NCBI GenBank assembly: GCA_000830295.1 | Contig: CP010425.1 | Location: 35,927-99,926, forward strand | Length of the DNA stretch: 64,000 bases | Origin: an archaeon GW2011_AR15 | Lineage (GTDB): Archaea; Nanobdellota; Nanobdellia; Woesearchaeales; GW2011-AR15 | Reading direction: 5' to 3' | In this document: in pieces, positions 55,416 to 64,000 of the stretch | How the letters are laid out: the number at the start of each line of letters is the position of its first letter | Position numbering within the stretch: the stretch's first letter is position 1 | The notes under the pieces: model-generated | What the model saw: the letters and a program-made list of their open reading frames with translations, nothing else | Databases searched by the model: none | What the model was told of the DNA's origin: nothing | Translations under genes and position numbers: made by a program

Positions 55416-57524
55416 ATGAAAAAAATATTGTTTGTAGTGTTAGCTTTGATAATGATTGTTTCTGCAGCGGCTGTTCAGGATAATATTGAGAGAAAGGACG
55501 GCGGGATAAAGACTGAGAACAAGGATTTTGTCCTTGACTGGGACTTGGAAGTTACAGGCTACAGCCCGCACTCAGGGAAATTCATACTTGAAGGGACTGC
55601 GCTGAGAAGCAAGGAAACAGATAGGAAAGCAGATATTGCAATAATCAGTCCCGTCCCTCTGGTGTCGATGAGCAGCGCTGTTGTATGGGAAGATATTGAA
55701 GAAGTTTTAACTGAGGAGAAAATTTATCCCTGTGACGGTCAATACGGCTGGAATAATGAAGAACACACCCAGATTTATTGTGCAAGAACATACACAAGGT
55801 TAAATAATCAGACCGAGCAAATAGAGAACTATACTTCAACTTCAGTCATTGATGTTAACTCCGGAATATCTGTTACTGATTTGGGGGATTCAATTGCATG
55901 GAACAACACAAAAACAGTAAAAAGGATATCTGAGAATGTAATATCATCAAAAATATCTTCCATTGAACATAAGACAGATTATGGAAATTACGTCTACTAT
56001 GTAAAAAACAATACTTTCAAAGCAGATGAAGATTACAGGTTCAGGTTTGAGATTGATGTAGCTAAAGAGATGCTTCCTGTAAAATATACTGTTTGTATAG
56101 GTGATGCAGAAGCCAACATATATTATTTCTGCCTAGACCCTACAATTGTCGATGCAAGGACATGGACAACTGATGCTGACTTCACGAACGGAACAACACT
56201 TCTTAATTTGACTGCGGAGAATGATGATTTAAGGTTGGATATTGACAATGATGCTGCCTATTCAGATAGTCTAATTCATTATTATTCGTTTGATTCTAAT
56301 GCCAGTGATAGTGTTGGCAGTCTTGACGGAAGCGTGGATGGAGCAACCAGCACTACAGCCAAGAACAATAATGGGTACTCCTTTGATGGAACTAATGATA
56401 GAATAACTTATGATGGTGGCAGTAGATTTTATGATGATTCTGGCGATTTTTCAGTTTCTTATTGGGTATACATAGATTCTGATGGAACAGGAGTCCAAAA
56501 GCACATTTCAGCTCTTCAATGTGACTCTAATGCGGGAATGGCATATTACTATACTCATACAGGAGACATATATCACGTTCAGATGAATAATGTAGGAGAC
56601 ATTTTAAGTGATAGTGCATTAACAGAGGATGCATGGACACATATTGTCTTTACAAGGAATGTCTCAGGGACAATCCAGAACGCACTATACATAAATGGGG
56701 TATCTCAAACTTTAAGTGCTTCAGAACAAACCTACGACCCGATTTCCGGTGGTAGTTCATATACTAATGTTATAGGTGCACAACAGAGTGATTGCTTTTC
56801 ATATGTTCAGTTTACAAAAGGGGATATTGACGAAATTGCTTTCTGGAACAGGTCTTTGACAGAAGAAGAGGTAGTATCTCTCAATAATTCCCATTTCTAC
56901 TCTCCAGGGAGTTCAGAAACATTCTCACAGGGATTATACAGCGATGTTCAAGGTTGGTATCCTCAGAATGGATCAAAGCTAACAAGTGTTGATGTGCAAA
57001 CTGTGCTCGCTGTTGATAGCTCTATCTTATTTAAATATAACAGCACTAATGCTTCACTGGACAGTTCTGAGTGGATAAATCTTACTACTAATGGAACTAA
57101 CATAATCAGTTTAGATCTGTCTAATGACCAGCCAATCTACTATCAGTTCAAGCTAATAGGGCCTGTTTCAACACCAAGTGTAACTTCATATACTCTTCAG
57201 GAGACGATATATTCTGAGTCAGGAGCCAACAATTTTATTGATTTGGGTATACAACAGAGCTCAGCATGGCCTGAAGCGAATGTGTATAATGGCCAACAAG
57301 TTTACCTGAGAAACCTCAATAATGACCAAATATTAGCAACCGTAGACAGAGTTGTGGTGTATGGGAATAAAAGATGGATTATCAACTATGCACTACCAAA
57401 TGAATCTCTTGTGGGTTTGACTTTCAACATAACTCCGGTTGTTTATGTTCTTGATATGGCAAACCTGTCTTCGACAGAGCTAACCACAACAGTAAAAAAT
57501 CTCATAGACGCAACCATTAACTAA
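55416..57524 (+). CDS. secreted LamG/concanavalin-A-like lectin domain protein, N-glycosylation-sequon rich
   Basis: Signal peptide. LamG-like core (YSFDGTNDRITYDGG...FSVSYWVYID...AFWNRSLTEEEV). Many N-x-S/T sequons. Confidence 0.6.
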   Translation: MKKILFVVLALIMIVSAAAVQDNIERKDGGIKTENKDFVLDWDLEVTGYSPHSGKFILEGTALRSKETDRKADIAIISPVPLVSMSSAVVWEDIEEVLTEEKIYPCDGQYGWNNEEHTQIYCARTYTRLNNQTEQIENYTSTSVIDVNSGISVTDLGDSIAWNNTKTVKRISENVISSKISSIEHKTDYGNYVYYVKNNTFKADEDYRFRFEIDVAKEMLPVKYTVCIGDAEANIYYFCLDPTIVDARTWTTDADFTNGTTLLNLTAENDDLRLDIDNDAAYSDSLIHYYSFDSNASDSVGSLDGSVDGATSTTAKNNNGYSFDGTNDRITYDGGSRFYDDSGDFSVSYWVYIDSDGTGVQKHISALQCDSNAGMAYYYTHTGDIYHVQMNNVGDILSDSALTEDAWTHIVFTRNVSGTIQNALYINGVSQTLSASEQTYDPISGGSSYTNVIGAQQSDCFSYVQFTKGDIDEIAFWNRSLTEEEVVSLNNSHFYSPGSSETFSQGLYSDVQGWYPQNGSKLTSVDVQTVLAVDSSILFKYNSTNASLDSSEWINLTTNGTNIISLDLSNDQPIYYQFKLIGPVSTPSVTSYTLQETIYSESGANNFIDLGIQQSSAWPEANVYNGQQVYLRNLNNDQILATVDRVVVYGNKRWIINYALPNESLVGLTFNITPVVYVLDMANLSSTELTTTVKNLIDATIN

Positions 57525-57534
57525 AGGAGGAAAC

Positions 57535-60500
57535 ATGAAGAAAACTAGTTTCCTCCTGCTTTTTGTATTTTTATTAGTGATTAGTGTGAGCTATGCGGCT
57601 GATACGTACAAGCCTTACATACACAAAGCCAATCTTCCTGAACACCCTAAAATAATCCTGTACGGCCAGTACAGGACCAGCCTGTTTCCTGGGGCAGCCA
57701 CTTATTCTTACGGCATTGAAGTTCCTAGAGGAACAAACGGGCTGCAGCCTCTGGTTTTTGCCAGCTACAACAGCCAGTCTGCATCACAAAGGCCCGGGAT
57801 ACTTGGAAGCGGCTGGGCAGAAAGCAGCATATGGACGATTCCTGAGGATTTCATAAACAGCTCAGGAGACACAGGCATCAGGGTTATAGATATTAATGGA
57901 GATGGTCTGCCTGATATCCTGCAGGGCGCAGCCAGTACTAAAAAAGCATGGCTCAACAATGCAAGCGGCTGGGAAAATTATGATGCAGTGTGGCAGCCGC
58001 CGACCTCTTTTATAGACGGAAACGGGAAAGACGAGGGAACAAGGTTTATAGATGCCAATCTTGACGGGCTGGTTGATATCATAAAGCAGGATGATTCAGC
58101 ATGGCTCAACAATGGCTCAGGCTGGCAGGCTACTGATGGCTGGAAATCGCCTGCAGATTTCATTGTCAGTAATGAAAACCTTGGCAGGAGCATCGCAGAT
58201 GTCAACGGAGACGGGTTTGCCGATATAATCATTTCAACTTCAGGAGGGAATACAACATGGATTAAGAATTCAACATATCCTCAAATGCTGAAAAACATAG
58301 AGAATGAATATGGCGGGATTACAAATATAAGCTATGCCAGCTCAACACAGTTCAATAATTCAGAAAATGTGACTTCCCAGCTTGGCTTTAATATTTATGT
58401 TGTTTCCAATGTAACAACAGCAAACGGGCTTTCGGATGATTTTAACTTTGCTACTTCAACATCTTATAATTATTCTCTTGGAAAATACAATTACGGAAAC
58501 TCTGAGTTCAGGGGTTTCGGAGTTTCTAAAGAGATAATGCCGTCAAAGATTGTCAGCCATTATTTCCATCAAGATAATCCTAGAAGGAGCAAGGAGTTTA
58601 AGACTCAGATATATGATACGAATTTAAGCATCTTTTCAAAAAGCGAGAAAGAATATGCGGTTGTGTTTTCTGATGGTGTTTATAATATAAGTCTTGATTC
58701 TTCTGCTGAATATCTCTATGATGGTTCTAATTCTCCTGTAATTACAAATAAAAGCTATACCTATGACTGGTACGGCAACCTGCTTTATTTAGAAGATCAA
58801 GGAGATGTTTCTGTTGCCGAAGATGAGAGATATTTCAACTATAGCTATGGTTTTGACAAGCAAAACTGGATAATGGATAGGGCTGCGAGAGAAACTATCT
58901 ATGATGATGAATTAGAGAAAGTAAGCGAGACAAAATACTATTATGATAATTTGGGCCTGGAAGGAGTGAGCGGCTATGGCAGACTGACTAAAACAGAAAG
59001 ATGGGATTCAGGCGGAGATAATGTGTTTACTTACTTTAGTTATGATGGTTTTGGGAATGTGATTAAGAAAACAGATAGTTTAGGGAACAGCTATAAGTTT
59101 TCGTACGACAGCACGCACACCTATCCTGTTACAGAGATAAATCCCCTGGGGCATATTACCACAAGGGTTTTTGATTTACGGACAGGGAATGTTTTGTCTT
59201 TCACACAGAATGATATTACCGCAAGCTTTGTTTATGATGCTCATGGAAGAATAGCTAAAGAGGTCATGCCTTTTGACACGAATTTCTCTCCGACAAAAGA
59301 GTATGAGTATAGCTTTGATGGGGCGGCTCCTGAGAAGGTAAAGGTTAGTATGAAAACAACAGCTAACAGGACAGACCGCATGTCCTATTTCTATGACGGG
59401 TTTGCCAATCTTATTCAGGTCAAGTCAGAGGTTGAAGATGGCCGGGAGATTGTCAAGAATATCTTCTATGATTCTGAATACAGGGTTGAGAGTGAGCAGA
59501 ACCTTTATTTTGCTGATTATTCTTTAGAGCTAAGTCCTGCGGACAATGAAAGCAATTATGTTTTCTATAACTATGATGCTTTAGATAGAGTTGTTTCTGT
59601 AACTAATCCTGACGGGACTTCTAAGACTGTCAGCTTTGAAAAGTACAATATAAGCTCTTATGATGAAAACGGGAACAGGCATGATTACCTATTGGATGCG
59701 TTCGGCAGGATTGCTGAGGTCCACGAGTATAACACAAATGATGTCGGCCTGCAGAAAGTCTATAACACAACCTATGAATATGACTCCAATGACAATCTGG
59801 TTAGAATTACAGATGAGGAAGGCAATGAGTTTTTGTTCTTCTATGATTCGCTGTCGAGGAAAACAGCAATGGATGACCCTGATCTGGGCAGCTGGAGTTA
59901 TGGCTATGACAAGAATTCAAACCTGATCAGCCAGACAGATGCAAAGAATAATACTATCAGACTTGGCTATGATGCCCTGAACAGGGTAACAGAAAAAAAC
60001 AGCTCAGACGTTAACATTACTTTCAGCTATGACGGGGCTTACTCCGGTGTGCTGACAAATATGAGTATGAATGATATCAATTTCAGCTTTGAATATGATG
60101 ATAGGTTAAGACTTATAGAGATGATCATGCTGGCAGATGACCAGTCTTTTACAACTGAATTTATCTATGATTCCCAAAACAGGCTTATCTCAAAAGTTGG
60201 ATTAGGAGAACTGGATTTTATATTCAACAGGCAAGGCAAAGTAAGGAAAATCCCGGGATTTGTTACAGATTCTTCTTATAATGCCTTTGGCAGTATTTTG
60301 AATAGAACTTATGGCAATGGCCTGATACAGCAGTTCAGTTATGATGAGGAGAATAACAGGCTTACAAACATCTATATTTCAGGAGTCCAGAACTTGACTT
60401 ATGATTATGATTCTGTAGAAAACATTATCTCCATACTTGACCCTGTGAATAATAGAAACCACTATCTTGGCTATGATGGATTAAACAGGCTGATCAATGC

Positions 60501-62001
60501 CACAATAGGAGATGATGTCTACAAGTATTCTTACAACCCCTTAGGAAACATGATGAAGATAGTGCATAACAACGAAAGCAAGAAATTCGTTTACAATGGC
60601 GATCAGGCTCACGCCCCATCCCAGATAATCGAAGGGGAAGCTGGAGTGGACGTCTATAACCCAAGGGAGATAGACACAGGCAGGAAATCCCGATTAACTG
60701 AATTCTGGTTATTGAATGACAAAAACACAAGCATTCTGGCCAACATATCTGTCTGGTTTGATGATAATAAGAATTTCACGAATAATTCCATTACTCTCGA
60801 CAGCAACATTTGGTTCCTTGTTGAGAACAACTACAGCTATGGCAGGGATTACAGCGTCAATATAACAGCAGATTCAGAGAACATATCAGACAGCCAGCTA
60901 TACAGTATAAAATTCGGCACACGGGCAAAATCCCTTAAGGTTATAGATCCAAATGTCTCAGTCAAGACATTTGAGTTCATTATCGAGAATGATGTCTCTG
61001 ATAAGGTCTATAACGTAAGCTGGAACTGCTCTAATGACATAGACACGATATATTCGACTGATTTGGCAGGAAATCAAAGCCTGTATGACTATCTCCAGCA
61101 CAATTACACTCTGCCTGGAGAAAAGACATTTACATGCACAGTCACAAGCAATGACGGGACAGAATCAGAGACAGTAGAATTTACTTTAAACGGCCTGGAG
61201 ATAGAAGATTATGACATCCTGCTGACAAACATAAGCAGGAGAGTTGTTGCCTATGATGTTGTGAACTATTTCACGCCGATAGAGGCCAATATTTCAATGG
61301 AGGACGAGACTGCCTCATTCTCCAGGATAACAACTCTTGAATCAGACGAGGATGTGATGGTTTTCGTCGAGACAAACTATTCCTCAGACGGCTCAAAGAC
61401 ATTCAGCATTGATGTCTCGTCAAGCAATTATTCTAATTCGTACAGCGAATCATTTGATTTAGAGAGTGTCTCAATAGAGAATTATGAGAGGGTAAATCAA
61501 AATACCGGTCAGATATTAGTGTTCGGCATCAGGAACAAATGGTATTCTGGGGTGGTAAACTGGTCAGTGTCAGAGCCCAGCATACAGAACCTTAGCACTT
61601 TGAACACAGGCGAATTATTATTGGTTGCAATTGAGCATAATTATACTCAGGGCAGCAAAACACCGAGAATAACTGCTGTTGTGTCTTCTGTTCAGGACGA
61701 GGTAACAGATTATTTCTCTGTTACTCCTCTTGAAATCAGCAGTTTAGCAGTGATATCAGAAGACCGTTCCAAAGCAGTTTCCGAGCTGGTTGTGCTTAAT
61801 AAGCTGGATGACAGCCAGCAGTTTTCATGGAGACTGGATACGGAGATAGAGAACATAACCTCCTCCTTAATCAATCTCACTGGCAATGTTTTCATCTATA
61901 TTGGCAGCTATTACAACACAGAAGGCATCTACAGGCAGGTTGCAGTGATAAACAGCAGCAGCTACGATGACAATGAGAGCATCGGGGTGGTTATCTCGTG
62001 A
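57535..62001 (+). CDS. RHS/YD-repeat protein (N-terminal FG-GAP/integrin-like repeats, central YD-repeat shell, C-terminal sequon-rich beta-domains), no RHS core
   Basis: Signal peptide. Repeated DINGDGLPDI, DANLDGLVDI and DVNGDGFADI units. More than 15 YD repeats (GYDALNRVTEK, YEYDSNDNLVRITDEEGN and similar). The protein ends without a DPxGL core. Confidence 0.8.
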   Translation: MKKTSFLLLFVFLLVISVSYAADTYKPYIHKANLPEHPKIILYGQYRTSLFPGAATYSYGIEVPRGTNGLQPLVFASYNSQSASQRPGILGSGWAESSIWTIPEDFINSSGDTGIRVIDINGDGLPDILQGAASTKKAWLNNASGWENYDAVWQPPTSFIDGNGKDEGTRFIDANLDGLVDIIKQDDSAWLNNGSGWQATDGWKSPADFIVSNENLGRSIADVNGDGFADIIISTSGGNTTWIKNSTYPQMLKNIENEYGGITNISYASSTQFNNSENVTSQLGFNIYVVSNVTTANGLSDDFNFATSTSYNYSLGKYNYGNSEFRGFGVSKEIMPSKIVSHYFHQDNPRRSKEFKTQIYDTNLSIFSKSEKEYAVVFSDGVYNISLDSSAEYLYDGSNSPVITNKSYTYDWYGNLLYLEDQGDVSVAEDERYFNYSYGFDKQNWIMDRAARETIYDDELEKVSETKYYYDNLGLEGVSGYGRLTKTERWDSGGDNVFTYFSYDGFGNVIKKTDSLGNSYKFSYDSTHTYPVTEINPLGHITTRVFDLRTGNVLSFTQNDITASFVYDAHGRIAKEVMPFDTNFSPTKEYEYSFDGAAPEKVKVSMKTTANRTDRMSYFYDGFANLIQVKSEVEDGREIVKNIFYDSEYRVESEQNLYFADYSLELSPADNESNYVFYNYDALDRVVSVTNPDGTSKTVSFEKYNISSYDENGNRHDYLLDAFGRIAEVHEYNTNDVGLQKVYNTTYEYDSNDNLVRITDEEGNEFLFFYDSLSRKTAMDDPDLGSWSYGYDKNSNLISQTDAKNNTIRLGYDALNRVTEKNSSDVNITFSYDGAYSGVLTNMSMNDINFSFEYDDRLRLIEMIMLADDQSFTTEFIYDSQNRLISKVGLGELDFIFNRQGKVRKIPGFVTDSSYNAFGSILNRTYGNGLIQQFSYDEENNRLTNIYISGVQNLTYDYDSVENIISILDPVNNRNHYLGYDGLNRLINATIGDDVYKYSYNPLGNMMKIVHNNESKKFVYNGDQAHAPSQIIEGEAGVDVYNPREIDTGRKSRLTEFWLLNDKNTSILANISVWFDDNKNFTNNSITLDSNIWFLVENNYSYGRDYSVNITADSENISDSQLYSIKFGTRAKSLKVIDPNVSVKTFEFIIENDVSDKVYNVSWNCSNDIDTIYSTDLAGNQSLYDYLQHNYTLPGEKTFTCTVTSNDGTESETVEFTLNGLEIEDYDILLTNISRRVVAYDVVNYFTPIEANISMEDETASFSRITTLESDEDVMVFVETNYSSDGSKTFSIDVSSSNYSNSYSESFDLESVSIENYERVNQNTGQILVFGIRNKWYSGVVNWSVSEPSIQNLSTLNTGELLLVAIEHNYTQGSKTPRITAVVSSVQDEVTDYFSVTPLEISSLAVISEDRSKAVSELVVLNKLDDSQQFSWRLDTEIENITSSLINLTGNVFIYIGSYYNTEGIYRQVAVINSSSYDDNESIGVVIS

Positions 62002-63290
62002 GAACCGCCAGATATATAAAGAGAATTGCCCTGTTCTTCATCATGCTTATTGCTCTTCAATCTGTTGTTTTTGCTGGAACATTAAATTTAGAATATGACG
62101 CTAATGGCAATTTAGTTAGCGGAGACGGCCTTTTCAGGGAGTATAACTCACTGAACCAGTTATGGAGAGTGTATAATGGCTCAAATTCCTCTGGTGATTT
62201 ATTGCAGGAATACACATATCATCCTACAGAAGAGAGAGCCCTTATAAAGAAAACATACAATAATTCTGTTCTGGTTGAGAGAGCCTATTACGTTGATGAA
62301 AACTTTGTCAGGATCATAAATCTATCTGGAACTTTCGATTTTACGTATGTGTATCATAACGGACAACAGATAGCACAGATACTGCCTTCAGGAGATAAAG
62401 AATTCATCCACGCAGACCATATCGGCTCTTCCAGTGTTGTAACTAATGAAGCCGGTCAAGTTATTGAGAATACTACGTATGCTCCTTTTGGCTCAATTGT
62501 CTCAGGAGGAGAAGAGACGAGATATGATTACGAGAATAAGGAATATGATGAAACAATAGGCACTTACGACTTCCATTTCAGGCAGTACAACCCAGAGTTC
62601 GGGATATTCATGCAGCCGGACACGCTCATACAGAATGTCTATGACCCGCAGTCTCTAAATAGATATGCGTTTGAGAGGAATAATCCGTATAACAGGGTTG
62701 ATCCGACAGGTCATTTTGAACTAGTTTCTGGTACTGTTTTTGTTGGGGCTCTTGCAGTAGCATCTATAGCAGCATTCATTGCATGGTCGAGTCCCATTAT
62801 TGGACCTAGTATTGATTGGTATAAGTCATCAAGACAGGTTCTTCAAGCAAAAGCCACGGAGAATAAAGCTAAATCTCTTTATGATTTGGGAGAAAAATGG
62901 TATCAATACTATGAGGATGATACTCCAGAAAACTTTAAGAAAGCACTTCTAGAAACAGCTGGTTTTGCTGTAGATGAGATAATTAGTAGTGGATTACAAA
63001 GAACAGCAGGTAAAGTCTTTTCAGATTATTACGAGGCTAATCAAGGCATGGGAGGGATAACAATAAATGTTTTAAATAATATACTTGATTGGAATAATCA
63101 AGCCAATGAAATAATTGGTATCTCATCATCAGAAAAAGGTTCAAAAGCATTACTTCGCTCAAGAAGAAGTGGAGGATATAGTCTAGTAGAAAGTAATGCC
63201 AATGGAGAAACGAATACTTATACAGGTAATATCTATGACATTAATGGTGAAAAAAGATTTATTGGAATAAGACCAGTCAGTAGAGACTGA
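61998..63290 (+). CDS. RHS repeat-associated core plus C-terminal polymorphic toxin domain
   Basis: Additional YD repeats, then an RHS core hallmark (FRQYNPEFGIFMQPD...NRYAFERNNPYNRVDPTGH) and about 190 aa of unrelated C-terminal sequence. It starts at a GTG that overlaps the upstream stop. Confidence 0.7.
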   Translation: MRTARYIKRIALFFIMLIALQSVVFAGTLNLEYDANGNLVSGDGLFREYNSLNQLWRVYNGSNSSGDLLQEYTYHPTEERALIKKTYNNSVLVERAYYVDENFVRIINLSGTFDFTYVYHNGQQIAQILPSGDKEFIHADHIGSSSVVTNEAGQVIENTTYAPFGSIVSGGEETRYDYENKEYDETIGTYDFHFRQYNPEFGIFMQPDTLIQNVYDPQSLNRYAFERNNPYNRVDPTGHFELVSGTVFVGALAVASIAAFIAWSSPIIGPSIDWYKSSRQVLQAKATENKAKSLYDLGEKWYQYYEDDTPENFKKALLETAGFAVDEIISSGLQRTAGKVFSDYYEANQGMGGITINVLNNILDWNNQANEIIGISSSEKGSKALLRSRRSGGYSLVESNANGETNTYTGNIYDINGEKRFIGIRPVSRD

Positions 63291-63328
63291 GACACATATT
63301 TAAATAGAAAAACATCCTAATAGCATAA

Positions 63329-63778
63329 ATGGTATTTTTTATCCAACAAAACATTGAAGCCATACTGCTTTATGTAGGTCTTTTCTCACTGCAAATTAGT
63401 TTTTTAATAACAAGTATTCTTGGTTGGAAAGTATATAAAAACAAAACTAAACTAGTACACAAAAAGAAACTAAATCACGATGTTGCTGAGGATAATTTTC
63501 TTCTAGTTTTCTATATTTTAACAATATTACTGCCAATATTTTTTACTTATGTAATTTTTTCTCAAAATACCTATTTAGGTTTCATTAATGTGTTCATATT
63601 ATTCATATACTCAGTTGGAGTACATAGATTATCGATTTCAGAATTTGAAAAAATAATTTATTCAAGAAGACTAATAAACCCAAAATTTAAAAAAAATATT
63701 TATAATTTAATTTTTAGACCATACATATATTTCGGCATAGCATTTTTTTGTTTAATAATAAACCTAATAATTAGATAA
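63329..63778 (+). CDS. candidate immunity protein (polytopic membrane protein) downstream of toxin tip
   Basis: 149 aa with four TM helices, very AT-rich codon usage, sitting in the canonical immunity position. Confidence 0.45.
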   Translation: MVFFIQQNIEAILLYVGLFSLQISFLITSILGWKVYKNKTKLVHKKKLNHDVAEDNFLLVFYILTILLPIFFTYVIFSQNTYLGFINVFILFIYSVGVHRLSISEFEKIIYSRRLINPKFKKNIYNLIFRPYIYFGIAFFCLIINLIIR

Positions 63779-63779
63779 A

Positions 63780-64000
63780 ATGACAAACACAAAAACATTG
63801 AAAGTGTTTTATTTAGGGTTAACATTAATTGTATTTATCATTCTAACTATCTCTTTAATAATTAATATTAGTATCCCCTTTATTGGGTGGGTTTTTGGAT
63901 TGTCTGGTATAGGACTCTCAATCTTCCTATTTTTTTATATTGATTCAACTAAGAAAATCAACAAGGACACAAATCAAATTTTTCATATTCTAGAAGAAAA
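63780..64000 (+). CDS. second small membrane protein, partial (runs off window end)
   Basis: The ATG at 63780 opens a hydrophobic ORF (MTNTKTLKVFYLGLTLIVFIILT...) that reaches the window edge. It lies in the AT-rich island. Confidence 0.3.
   Translation, partial: MTNTKTLKVFYLGLTLIVFIILTISLIINISIPFIGWVFGLSGIGLSIFLFFYIDSTKKINKDTNQIFHILEE

Overview
This window looks like archaeal chromosomal DNA. The archaeal calls rest on the ribosomal genes S7, S12 and L30e, a KH-only NusA, Spt5, a Sec61-gamma/SecE mini-gene, Cbf5, Dph2 and Dph6, and two intron-containing tRNAs with bulge-helix-bulge splice sites. The sequence is moderately AT-rich and densely coded, with several cassettes that look bacterial in origin. 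Left to right the window holds: a thyA-folA pair; a PduO-type cobalamin adenosyltransferase next to two tandem class II (B12-dependent) ribonucleotide reductases, the second preceded by a tandem pair of NrdR-box-like palindromes; SppA, an RDD protein and a truncated Dph2; a PhoU, PK-like barrel, vWA and J-domain Ser/Thr kinase block; a CPA2 antiporter; the S7-S12-NusA-L30e and Spt5-SecE translation/transcription cluster; an array of four paralogous small membrane proteins with an embedded CBS protein; an arginase-family enzyme; a glutamine amidotransferase-Dph6-Cbf5 operon; and a flippase. A pyrimidine cluster follows (pyrB, pyrI, an atypical OTC-like transcarbamylase, pyrC, pyrD, pyrE, pyrF). 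Next is a tRNA islet: an intron-containing tRNA-Ile with a UAU anticodon and an intron-containing tRNA-Ser(GCU), each followed by a conserved about 50-nt element bracketed by direct repeats of the tRNA 3' end. Beyond that are a Kazal-like secreted lipoprotein, an SDR, a CspA plus DEAD-box helicase pair, a His-rich trio, GT4 plus LmbE, a NYN-domain protein, and a lipoylation/2-oxoacid dehydrogenase block (LipA, E1 alpha, E1 beta, E2, and lipoate ligase split into N- and C-domain genes). The window ends with a secreted LamG protein and a large RHS/YD-repeat polymorphic toxin locus whose toxin tip and immunity genes lie in a conspicuously AT-rich terminal island. No CRISPR array, rRNA or transposase was seen.
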